This document shows positions 1-8,179 of a stretch of DNA of 64,000 nt, one piece after another. Position 1 is the first letter of the stretch; each line of letters opens with the position of its first letter. The notes beneath the pieces were generated by a model. It saw only the letters and a program-made list of their open reading frames with translations, was not told where the DNA came from and made no database searches. Made by a program: the position numbers and the translations under genes. The DNA comes from an uncultured Enterobacteriaceae bacterium (GTDB lineage: Bacteria; Pseudomonadota; Gammaproteobacteria; Burkholderiales; SG8-39). The stretch is taken from positions 9,094-73,093 of the forward strand of contig CAZMGP010000021.1 of NCBI GenBank assembly GCA_964565875.1. The letters are read 5' to 3'.

Positions 1-1
1 C

Positions 2-532
2 GCCACGGCGCGCGGCGGCGTGCGTGCAGGGCTCACCGCGGTGTTCGGCACGTTGAGCGGCGACTTCATCTACATGGTCTCGGCGGCGGCGGGCCTGGCC
101 GCCGTCATGCATGCGAATCCCATGGTGTTCAACGCGCTGCAGTGGTTCGGCGCAGGCTATCTCTGCTGGATGGGCTTGCAGCTCCTGCGCGCCAAGGCGC
201 GACCTGCCGGGGCACAGGTCCAAGCGGCGCGCAGCCGCTGGAGCTATTTCCGCCAGGCGTTCGCGGTCGCGGTGACGAACCCGAAAGTGATCATGTTCTT
301 CGTCGCCTTCTTTCCGCTTTTCCTGCGCGTCGATTCGTCCGCCGGGACACTGATTGCAATGATGGTGCACGTCACCACGCTCAGCTTCATCTACCAGTTG
401 AGCCTAGTGCTCGTCGGCAATGCCGTCGCCCAGCGCCTGCACGCCTACCCCTACGCCCGCCGGCTGACCGCGTGCGTGGCGGGCAGCGCACTCATCGCCT
501 TCGGCGTGAAGCTCGCTGCGAGCAACCGCTAG
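2..532 (+). CDS. LysE/RhtB-family amino-acid exporter; N-terminus lies left of the window
   Basis: The frame is open from base 2. The tail is a polytopic hydrophobic protein with a LysE-type pattern (NPKVIMFFVAFFPLF). It is roughly 35-40 aa shorter than typical family members, so the true start is off-window. Confidence 0.7.
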   Translation, partial: ATARGGVRAGLTAVFGTLSGDFIYMVSAAAGLAAVMHANPMVFNALQWFGAGYLCWMGLQLLRAKARPAGAQVQAARSRWSYFRQAFAVAVTNPKVIMFFVAFFPLFLRVDSSAGTLIAMMVHVTTLSFIYQLSLVLVGNAVAQRLHAYPYARRLTACVAGSALIAFGVKLAASNR

Positions 533-544
533 GCACGGCGGCGC

Positions 545-1090
545 ATGACAACTTGTGCCGCCTTATTGCGCGGCATCAACGTCGGGCGCGCGAAGCGCAT
601 CGCCATGGCCGATCTGCGCGGTCTCATCGAGAAACTGGGTTACGGCGAAGTCCGCACCCTGCTCAATAGCGGCAATGTCGTATTCGAAGCTTCCCGGCCG
701 AAGGCTAAGAAGATCGCAGCCGAACTGGAAGCGGCGATCGCGGACGCGTGCGGATTTCCGGTGCCGGTGGTGGTGATCACCGCCGCCGATCTCGCCGCCA
801 TTGTCCGCGCGAATCCCTTGGCGCAAGGTGCTCGCAACCCATCACGGCTCCTGGTGGCGTTCGTGTCGAAACCCGCCGTCCTCGTTCAGGCAAAGCCGCT
901 GCTCGCGCAATCCTGGGAGCCCGACGCACTGGCAATCGGCAGCAAGGCCGCCTATCTGTGGTGCGCGAACGGAGTGATCGAATCGAAGCTCATGCAGGGG
1001 TTTGCGCGTATCACCGGCGACGCGGCGACGACGCGCAACTGGGCGACGGTGCTGAAACTCCAGGCGCTCGCCGGCACGCGCGGAGGCTGA
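545..1090 (+). CDS. DUF1697 family protein
   Basis: The N-terminus MTTCAALLRGINVGRAKRIAMADLRGL...GYGEVRTLLNSGNVVF matches the characteristic DUF1697 opening (LLRGINVGG.k.i.MadLr). Length of 181 aa is typical. Confidence 0.75.
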   Translation: MTTCAALLRGINVGRAKRIAMADLRGLIEKLGYGEVRTLLNSGNVVFEASRPKAKKIAAELEAAIADACGFPVPVVVITAADLAAIVRANPLAQGARNPSRLLVAFVSKPAVLVQAKPLLAQSWEPDALAIGSKAAYLWCANGVIESKLMQGFARITGDAATTRNWATVLKLQALAGTRGG

Positions 1091-1107
1091 ACGCCGCCGC
1101 GCGACGC

Positions 1108-1662
1108 TCAATAGCGCTTCGGCAATAGCGGAACTTGCGCGCCGAACCCGGGCGGAGTCAGCTTCGGGTTGCCGCGAATGCCGATGTAGCGCGTCTTCAG
1201 TTTCCATGCGCCGGAGGCCGAGGTCCAGGCATCGAGCACAGCCCAAGTGATACGCCGCGAGTTGGAGGCTTGCCGCTCGTCGAGGTAGAAACTGACCAGC
1301 GTCGTCGCGCCGAAGTCGCGCACCGCCATTTCGCGCAGGTTCGGAACGCGCTCGCGCTGCCGGCTCGCCTCGGCGAATAACTCATCGAACGAGGTGGACT
1401 GGCCGAGTCCGGCTAGAGCGACGAGCTCGAACTGCGGATCAACCAAAGCGAGCGCTGCGGCGCGATCACCGCTTGCAAGCGCGTGGGCGAGCGCCTGCTC
1501 CCGCTCCGAAAACTCCGCCACCAGCCGCGTCGCCAGCGGTGCTGCCGCAATCGGTGCAGAAGGAAACGCCGTCTGTACCTGTGCTGCGAACGCCGTGGCG
1601 AGGAGGGCGAACGCGAGCGCGGCCCGTCCCGCTCGCCCGCATCCCCGCCGGACGCGTGTCAT
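1108..1662 (-). CDS. Secreted NTF2-like/SnoaL-like (DUF4440-type) protein
   Basis: Taken from internal ATG 1662 (MTRVRRGCGRAGRAALAFALLATAFAAQV, a signal-peptide-like start) of track ORF 1108..1872. The upstream 70 codons are Arg/Thr/Ser-rich and look like junk. The fold assignment is weak and rests only on pattern. Confidence 0.45.
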   Translation of the reverse strand: MTRVRRGCGRAGRAALAFALLATAFAAQVQTAFPSAPIAAAPLATRLVAEFSEREQALAHALASGDRAAALALVDPQFELVALAGLGQSTSFDELFAEASRQRERVPNLREMAVRDFGATTLVSFYLDERQASNSRRITWAVLDAWTSASGAWKLKTRYIGIRGNPKLTPPGFGAQVPLLPKRY

Positions 1663-1687
1663 CGTCGTTCGGTCGCTTCCCGCGGAT

Positions 1688-2812
1688 TCACTGCGCCAGC
1701 GTCGTCGCGTCGACGTAGCACTTGGAGTTGCTGGGCGCCAATGCCCTTTGGAGGAGGTAGTTGCGCAGGCCACCGCCCGCGGGCAGGGTCGCGTTGTAGT
1801 ACGCGCCGAAGTTCGTGCGCTGCAGCGATTGACCGTAGGTCCAGGCGCACTTGTCCGCGTTTTCGGAACCATTTGCGTCGTACCAGGCGTTCAACAGCGG
1901 ATCGGTCGCCGATTCCTCCAGCTCGTGCGCGATGGTCGACACCATGGCGTCGACGCCCGCGTTGCCGTTGGGACTGGTGCTCTGCACCGAGCAAGCGTTG
2001 AGGCAGCGATTGGCGTTGCCGACAAAGCCGAACTTGACCGGGGTCCGCGCGCTATCGAAGGACGTCGAATAAGTGTGCCAAGCGCAATACACCGTGCAGA
2101 AGCCCGAGGATTCGTTGACGTCGCTTGAGGTGAGCACGAGATAGACCGCGTTCGGGTTGGCCGTGGACCAGGCGTTGCCGCCTTTCGCCATCGCATTCTT
2201 CACGACCTTCAGAACGGCCGAGTCGGAGAGACTCCTCCCTTGGCTATAGCTGTCGGTATACGCATAAACGGTGGCCGAAGAGAACTGGCTCACCTTGCCG
2301 TTCCCGCTCTGCGTATATGCGCCCAGCGTTTGACTGCTTCCGGTCGTGATGCCGGCGTAATTGGTGTAGGGCGCACTCACGCTCTGCGCGAGGCCGTGCA
2401 GTGCGTCGAGGATGATCTGCTGGCCCGAAGGCGTGTCGCTGCCGTTGTTCTGATTCCAGTTGCCGTACCAGACCACGTAGATCGCGTTCACGCTGGTCAT
2501 CACCGGGCCGCCGTTATAGGAGATCGACGGCCGCATCTTTCCCGTGGAACCCGCTGGCGGAGCGGAGATCCGAGCACTCTTGGCGTCGGCGGCCCAGGGC
2601 GGAATCAAGTACACCTGCGGATTGAGGCGGTGAACGATCTTTTGCACGATCGTTCCGGACTTATCGATGTCCGGCTCTTTCGGCGGCTCGGCCGATGGAC
2701 CCGTCTCCGCGGCGGACACTGCGCGCAGCGCGAGCGCCATGCAGACGAGGGCGGCCCAGGGCCGTGCGCAGCGTAAAATAGCGTGGTGTCTTGCGCGCAT
2801 GGTCGCGATCAC
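1688..2812 (-). CDS. Secreted EXORDIUM / phosphate-induced protein 1 (PHI-1, Pfam Phi_1)-like protein
   Basis: Has a signal peptide (WAALVCMALALRAVSA). Blocks are collinear with plant EXO proteins: ISYNGGPVM..IYVVWYGNW; YLVLTSSDVNESSGFCTVYCAWH; FGFVGNANRCLNAC; PNGNAGVDAMVSTIAHELEESATDP; RNYLLQRALAPSNSKC. Confidence 0.7.
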   Translation of the reverse strand: MIATMRARHHAILRCARPWAALVCMALALRAVSAAETGPSAEPPKEPDIDKSGTIVQKIVHRLNPQVYLIPPWAADAKSARISAPPAGSTGKMRPSISYNGGPVMTSVNAIYVVWYGNWNQNNGSDTPSGQQIILDALHGLAQSVSAPYTNYAGITTGSSQTLGAYTQSGNGKVSQFSSATVYAYTDSYSQGRSLSDSAVLKVVKNAMAKGGNAWSTANPNAVYLVLTSSDVNESSGFCTVYCAWHTYSTSFDSARTPVKFGFVGNANRCLNACSVQSTSPNGNAGVDAMVSTIAHELEESATDPLLNAWYDANGSENADKCAWTYGQSLQRTNFGAYYNATLPAGGGLRNYLLQRALAPSNSKCYVDATTLAQ

Positions 2813-3016
2813 GATCGATATCCTCCTTTTTATGCGGCCGATGCGGCCAATCCCACGCAGTCTGGAGACTCGAATGCCTGCCTCGCATCGGGATCGACCC
2901 CTACCATGTGAACAGTAGAAGCCGCTGCGCCTGTTGCGCCGGATTAGGCAGGATTTGTTTGGGAGGAAGGGTGCAATCGCACTATTTGCCTTGGCTGGCC
3001 AAGCCAGTTGTCGTAC

Positions 3017-3095
3017 TTGGAACCCGTAACAAAAGTCGTTTGTTACGGGCTGATTTAGGGGAGCACGAGGGGAGGTATCCCCTCGTTTTGTTACA
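3017..3095. ncRNA. Copy A of a conserved two-hairpin element (candidate sRNA or 5' leader)
   Basis: Hairpin 1 is CCCGTAACAAA[AGTCG]TTTGTTACGGG. A spacer containing AGGGGAGC follows. Hairpin 2 is ACGAGGGGA[GGTA]TCCCCTCGT followed by TTTTGTT. The same architecture recurs at 59148-59222. Strand is uncertain; the plus strand gives the better terminator-like U-tract. Confidence 0.4.
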
Positions 3096-3202
3096 GACTC
3101 TTACAGCAACTCACCCGGAAAGAGATGCGGAAGATATGGGGAGCCCCTACAGAGCTGACCTAAAGGAACTCCTGGCGGCGACGCGAACGGAGCGCTGCTA
3201 GC

Positions 3203-3580
3203 ATGCTGCGCGAGGTGCTCAATGTGCAGCAGGCGCCGGGGGAAGCGAAGCGGCGCTGGTTCTTTTGCCACGAGCAGGATCTGTCGGTGTGGTTCGGCGA
3301 GGACGGCGCGCCGCTCGCGTTCCAGCTCGCCTACGGCAAATACCGCGACGAGCACGCCATCCGCTGGAAGGCGGGCCGCGGCTTCGCGCACGAGCGCGTG
3401 GACGACGGCGAGAATGGGGGTCCGGTCAAGGCGACGCCTATCGTGCTCGCCAACGGCTTGTTCCCGGCGCAGGAGGTGCTGGAGAAGTTTCTCGAGCTCT
3501 CCGCCGAGCTGCCGCCGGACATCGCCGAATTCGTCGCCGCGCGGCTGCGCGAGTATGCCGCCGCGGCCGCGAACCCGTGA
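3203..3580 (+). CDS. Hypothetical protein (125 aa)
   Basis: Clean ORF with protein-like composition. It lies about 110 nt downstream of two-hairpin element copy A. I recognise no family. Confidence 0.5.
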   Translation: MLREVLNVQQAPGEAKRRWFFCHEQDLSVWFGEDGAPLAFQLAYGKYRDEHAIRWKAGRGFAHERVDDGENGGPVKATPIVLANGLFPAQEVLEKFLELSAELPPDIAEFVAARLREYAAAAANP

Positions 3581-3642
3581 CTCGAAGCGTGCGATCGGCG
3601 TAGGATAAACGGAGGAAGGATCGCAAGCACCGGAGGAACGAT

Positions 3643-3993
3643 ATGGACGATTTCGTCTATCGCCGTGGCCGCTCATGCCGAGGCGCCGCCGACGCCTCGG
3701 TGGCCGCGCTTTGGTCGCAGTTGAAATCGCATCTCGAACGGCGCAGCAGCGAACTCAGCGGCGAGGTGCGGCACTATCCGACGCCGATCGCCCGCTGCGA
3801 CGAGCAGTTGACCAAGCTGATCGAGCAGCGCACGCGCGCCCTCACGCAACTCGAACGCGTCGCGGCCCTCGACCCCCGTCAGCTTGAGCGCTTGCGCGCC
3901 TTCGTCGCGAGCGCGGAGGCGGAAGACGAAATCGAGGCGGGGCTCCTCGCGCGGCTGCGTGCCGCGCTGACGCAAGAGCACACTTGCGCCTGA
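3643..3993 (+). CDS. Hypothetical protein (116 aa), predicted helical
   Basis: ORF on the same strand directly after 3203..3580. Helix-prone sequence (LTKLIEQRTRALTQLERVAALDPRQLERLRAF). Start codon is uncertain. Confidence 0.4.
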   Translation: MDDFVYRRGRSCRGAADASVAALWSQLKSHLERRSSELSGEVRHYPTPIARCDEQLTKLIEQRTRALTQLERVAALDPRQLERLRAFVASAEAEDEIEAGLLARLRAALTQEHTCA

Positions 3994-4025
3994 AGGCGGA
4001 CGCCGTCTGAAGCCGAGGGATCGGC

Positions 4026-5399
4026 TCAGTCGGCCGGAGCCGCGAGGCGCGCTTCCAGGGCGCGCAACTTTTCCGCGATCGCGGGGCCGACCACCATTTG
4101 TGGATTCGAAGCGCTGAGCTTCTGCGCGCGTTCGCGCTCGGCCACCGCATCGCGCGCCAGCCCGAACGCCGCGGTGAACGAGCGCGTGCGCCGCAGCGCC
4201 TCGTCGAAATAGGCCTTGCCGAACCAGGTGAATTCGGCGCCGTTCTGGCAGCCGAAGGACTGGTTGTGCGCATCGGTGGCGGTGATGACGAGCGTGTTGT
4301 CGTCCTTGAGCGGCTCGATGAACCCGCCCGAATAGCAGGCGGAGATGACCAGCACTTTCCACTTGATGCCGCTGTCGTGCAGGATGCGCGCGAGCGCGGC
4401 CGGCTTGATCTGGGTGAGTTCGAGCGGCGGCAGCTCCACCGAGAGCTCGCCCTGTTCCGAGCCGTGGGTGGTGATGTAGAGGAAGAGCACGTCTTCGTCC
4501 GCGTCAATCAGCTTGCCAAGCCCTTCGAGCGCCGCGCGCAGGTTGCTCGCGCTCGCGACGGGCAGCTCGGCTAACGTCGCCGGATCGTTGGAAAGCAATA
4601 GCGAGCGCCCGGCGGCGTCGAAGCGCGTGTCCATGATCTTCGACACGGTCTCGAGCTCGCGTTCGAACACGTCCTGCGTGCCGTGCGGGGCAAAACCGAC
4701 GAAATAGAGATCGCTGACCCCAGGGCGCTGCGGCTTCAGATCGCGCAGGCGTGCGGCGAGCAGGCCGTCCTGGGCGTGGAACAGCGACTCCTGCGCGATC
4801 GAGGCCTGCGGCGCGGATTCCACATCCGCGTCTTCGTCGGGCAGCCACAGCTCGTTGCGCGGCATGACGTCGACGAGCACGACGAGCAGCCCGACGAGGA
4901 GCGCGCTGCCCGCGATGAAGGGGCCGGCGCGCCAGCCCGCCGCCACCCAGAGCGAGCGCACCAGCACCGCCATCACCCACAGCGGATAGCCGAAGTAGAT
5001 CGCGAGCTGCACGCCGGCGGGCAGGCCGAGGTAGTCCTGCGCCAGCGCGATCGCTGCCGAGGCGAATTCAAACAGGGCGTCGGGCGCGATGACGATGAGC
5101 GCGATGGGAAGCAGCAGCTCGCGCCTGCGATAGAGCGAGGCGATCACTAGGCTCGCCAGCAGCAGGAGCGGAACTTCGGCGAGCGCCGCAGGCAGCGCGC
5201 CGTAGTCGATCGAGCCGGGAATACCGCCGCGCGCCACGCCGCCGGCGAGCCAGGCGATGAAGTTGAAGGCGACGAGCAGGGCGAAGTCGCCCGGCGCGAC
5301 GCGAAAGTAGTAGCGGTTCACCGGAAGGAATAGCGCGAGGCGCACGCCGGCGAGGAGATTGCGCTTCAACGCGAGCAGCATGGCCCAGGAGGATTTCAC
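4026..5399 (-). CDS. Membrane-anchored peptidase C13 (legumain/caspase-fold) family protein
   Basis: The N-terminal ~190 aa contain several hydrophobic helices. The C-terminal domain has a His-Gly / Ala-Cys catalytic dyad context (LYITTHGS ... LVISACYSGGF), as in C13 peptidases. Confidence 0.7.
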   Translation of the reverse strand: MKSSWAMLLALKRNLLAGVRLALFLPVNRYYFRVAPGDFALLVAFNFIAWLAGGVARGGIPGSIDYGALPAALAEVPLLLLASLVIASLYRRRELLLPIALIVIAPDALFEFASAAIALAQDYLGLPAGVQLAIYFGYPLWVMAVLVRSLWVAAGWRAGPFIAGSALLVGLLVVLVDVMPRNELWLPDEDADVESAPQASIAQESLFHAQDGLLAARLRDLKPQRPGVSDLYFVGFAPHGTQDVFERELETVSKIMDTRFDAAGRSLLLSNDPATLAELPVASASNLRAALEGLGKLIDADEDVLFLYITTHGSEQGELSVELPPLELTQIKPAALARILHDSGIKWKVLVISACYSGGFIEPLKDDNTLVITATDAHNQSFGCQNGAEFTWFGKAYFDEALRRTRSFTAAFGLARDAVAERERAQKLSASNPQMVVGPAIAEKLRALEARLAAPAD

Positions 5400-5411
5400 G
5401 TCGTCGCGTAC

Positions 5412-6542
5412 TTAGTCGGCGTAGGCGGACTTCACCGCCGCCACGCGCGCCGCGCGCAAGCGCGCGCCGATCCTGTGCGGCTCGGATTCCCCTGCGGCCA
5501 CGGCACCGGCGTCGAGCGCGCGCGCCGCGGCGAGGGCGCGCGCCAGCCGCGCCGCCGCAGTGAATGAACGCTTGCCGCGCGCGTACCAGCTCCCGGCCAC
5601 TTCGAGCAGCAGCGCGAAGCGCGCCGGCCGCCGCCAGGCGTCGCAGCTCTGGAATAAGGACACCGTCGCTTCCGCATCGAGCGTTGCACCGCGCCCGACC
5701 TCGTCGATATGCCTCAGCGCGAGCAGGGCGAGCTCGGCGCAATCGGAAGGTGCGCGCAGACGCGCATTCATGTGCTTCGCCTGCGCTTCGTCCGCATCAC
5801 TCTGAGCAAGCGCGCAGCCGAAGAGAGCATAGCGCACGGCGAGCGTTCGCCCCGCCCCGGCGGCATGGTCGAGCGCGGCGAGCGAGCGGGCGTAGCGGCT
5901 GCGGCTCGCCCAGGCTCTAGCGAGCTCGGGCAGCACGCGCGCGAGGGCAGCGCAGCGGCGCAGCAGCGCGAACATCTTCGATGGCGCTGCCTCCATCAGC
6001 CCGACGGCGAGTTCCTGCCACACGCGCTCGGGCACGAGCGCATCGGCTTCGCCCGCTGCGACCATGGCGCGCGCGAGTTTCAGCGTCGCTGGCGCCACTT
6101 CGAAGCTGAAGCGCGCAGCAAAGCGCGCCAAGCGCAGGATGCGCACCGGGTCTTCGGCGAAGGCGGGGCTGACATGGCGCAGGATGCCGCGCTTCAAGTC
6201 CGCCGCCCCGTCATAGGGATCGATGATGCGCCCGGCGGCGTCGCGGGCGATGGCGTTGATGGTGAGGTCGCGCCGCGCAAGGTCCTGCGCGAGCGTCACG
6301 TCGGGCGCGGCGTAGACCTTGAAGCCCTTGTAGCCGCGCGCCGTCTTGCGCTCGGTGCGCGCGAGCGCATATTCCTCGTGCGTCTGCGGATGCAGGAACA
6401 CGGGGAAGTCCTTGCCCACCGGCTTGTAGCCGAGGCGCACCATGTCCTCCGGCGTGGCGCCGACGACGACGTAGTCGCGATCCTTGACCGGCAGTCCGAG
6501 GAGTTCGTCGCGGACCGCGCCACCGACGGCGTAAATCTTCAC
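5412..6542 (-). CDS. cca: CCA-adding tRNA nucleotidyltransferase (class II)
   Basis: [26 protein letters not shown]...[13 protein letters not shown]...RRDLTINA are the canonical head-domain motifs. The C-terminal half lacks an HD dipeptide. Confidence 0.85.
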   Translation of the reverse strand: MKIYAVGGAVRDELLGLPVKDRDYVVVGATPEDMVRLGYKPVGKDFPVFLHPQTHEEYALARTERKTARGYKGFKVYAAPDVTLAQDLARRDLTINAIARDAAGRIIDPYDGAADLKRGILRHVSPAFAEDPVRILRLARFAARFSFEVAPATLKLARAMVAAGEADALVPERVWQELAVGLMEAAPSKMFALLRRCAALARVLPELARAWASRSRYARSLAALDHAAGAGRTLAVRYALFGCALAQSDADEAQAKHMNARLRAPSDCAELALLALRHIDEVGRGATLDAEATVSLFQSCDAWRRPARFALLLEVAGSWYARGKRSFTAAARLARALAAARALDAGAVAAGESEPHRIGARLRAARVAAVKSAYAD

Positions 6543-6551
6543 CGGGCGCGG

Positions 6552-7212
6552 TCAGGCGTAGGGTTCATCTGCGCGGATGAATTCCGTTTCGCGGCGCGCC
6601 GCGTCCATCCACGCCTGCACCCCGGGGAGCGCGAGCAGCGACTCGGCGTAGCGCTGCGCCGCCGGCGGCAGCGTCACACCGTAGGTGACGAAGCGCGTCG
6701 CCACCGGCGCGTAATAGGCGTCGGCGCAGGTGAAGTGGCCGAACAGCAGCCGGCCGTCCTTGCCGAAGCGCGCACGGCAGGAGGTCCAGATGTCGACGAT
6801 GCGGTCGATGTCCTTCTGCACCGCCGGGCTCATGCCCTTGCCTGGGTGCGACGCGCGGATATTCATCGGCATGCCACTGCGCAAGGCGCGAAAACCAGTG
6901 TGCATTTCGGCGCAGATGGAGCGCGCCACCTGGCGCGCGCGCGCATCTTCCGGCCACAACCGCTTCTCGGGAAAGAGCTCGGCCACCGCCTCGCAGATAG
7001 CGAGCGAATCCCACACCGGCTCGCCGTCGACGATCAGCACCGGCACTTGGCGCGTGGGCGAATGCGCTTCGATGCCGATGACCTTGCCGTCGTCGGCGAA
7101 CTTGAGCGCGATCTCCTCGAAGGCGATGCCGGCCTGGCTGAGCAGCACCCAGGGCCGCATCGACCAGGAGGAGTAGTTCTTGTTGGCGACGGCGAGCTTG
7201 AGCTGCTTCACG
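6552..7212 (-). CDS. Glutathione S-transferase family protein
   Basis: Taken from GTG 7212 (VKQLKLAVANKNYSSWSMRPWVLL...). GST N- and C-domain pattern (SPTRQVPVLIVDGEPVWDSLAICEAV). The rest of track ORF 6552..8012 is an Arg-rich alternate frame over the neighbouring gene. Confidence 0.75.
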
Positions 7213-7216
7213 CTGC

Positions 7217-8179
7217 CTACAGCTTTCTGCCGGCGTAGTTGCGCAGCGCGTAGTTGCGCCGGCGCGGGTCGTTCGTCCCTTGCAGATACGCCGGCGCGGC
7301 GGCCTCGAGCGGCGTCGGCTTCATGCCGAAGGGGAAGGGCGCGGGGCTGACATTGTCCTGCGACATCGACAGCACGTTGTCGCGGCTCATGAGCTTGCCC
7401 GGCAGATGCTCCATCACCCAGGCGAGCAGCATCGAATAGCCGGCGCTCAAGCCGATGATCGGGCGCGCATGGCCGCTCGCGCGGCCGGCGAAGCGCACCA
7501 GCTCGCGCAAGCTGTAGACCTTCGGCCCGACGAGGTCGAAGGTCTTGCCGAAGCTCATCGGCTCCTCGAGCGCGCGCACGAAGGCCTGCGCCACGTCCTC
7601 GACATACACCGGCTGGAACTTCGCGTTCGGACAGGCGAGCAGCACGATAGGCAGGACGCACTGCATCCCTGCGAAGACGTTGAGAAACTTGTCCTCCGGC
7701 CCGAACACCACCGAGGGGCGGAACACCGTCGTCTCCAGTCGCTTGCCTTCGGCGAACAACCAGTTCTCGCCGTCGCCCTTGGAGCGCAGATAGGCGCTCG
7801 GGCCCTTGCTCGACGCGTTGAGCGCGCTCATGTGCAGCAGGCGCGGGATGCGCAGGTGTTCGCACGCCGCCATCAGCTCGCGGGGCAGATCCGAGTGTGC
7901 GCGGCGAAAATCGGCACCATAGGGATGTCCGGAGCGGCTTTGCAGCACGCCCACCAGGTTGATCACCGCATCGCAGCCGCGCAGCAAGGCGGTAAGCTGC
8001 GCCGGCTCGCACACGTCGGCTTCGACCACTTCGACCGTGGGCAGCATGAACAGGTGCTTCGCCCGTTCGCGCCGGCGCGTCGGCACGAGGACGCGCTTGC
8101 CTTGTTCGGCAAGCAGGCGCACCACATGGCGGCCGATGAAGCCGCTGCCGCCGAGTACGGCGATGCGCTCGAGCGTCAT
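7217..8179 (-). CDS. NAD(P)H-binding, complex I NDUFA9-like / atypical SDR family protein
   Basis: Taken from ATG 8179 (MTLERIAVLGGSGFIGRHVVRLL, a Rossmann GxxGxxG motif). The start overlaps the slt stop as TGATG. Confidence 0.7.
   Translation of the reverse strand: MTLERIAVLGGSGFIGRHVVRLLAEQGKRVLVPTRRRERAKHLFMLPTVEVVEADVCEPAQLTALLRGCDAVINLVGVLQSRSGHPYGADFRRAHSDLPRELMAACEHLRIPRLLHMSALNASSKGPSAYLRSKGDGENWLFAEGKRLETTVFRPSVVFGPEDKFLNVFAGMQCVLPIVLLACPNAKFQPVYVEDVAQAFVRALEEPMSFGKTFDLVGPKVYSLRELVRFAGRASGHARPIIGLSAGYSMLLAWVMEHLPGKLMSRDNVLSMSQDNVSPAPFPFGMKPTPLEAAAPAYLQGTNDPRRRNYALRNYAGRKL

Noticed and set aside
3016-3050. Reading the conserved GGAACCCG/TGAACCCG start of the two-hairpin element as an ECF-sigma (-35 GGAAC) or sigma-54 promoter.
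   Set aside because: No consistently spaced CGT(T)-type -10 or GG-N10-GC element is shared by both copies. The shared positions are better explained by base-paired stems with a compensatory change.
5709-7238. A 509-aa plus-strand ORF spanning cca and the GST gene.
   Set aside because: It is antisense to two genes with unmistakable family motifs. Its product is Arg/Ala/His-rich, as is typical of the reverse frame of high-GC genes.
6552-8012. A single 486-aa ORF that would fuse the GST with upstream sequence.
   Set aside because: The upstream ~265 codons overlap the NDUFA9-like gene in another frame and are Arg-rich junk. GST homology starts at the GTG at 7212.
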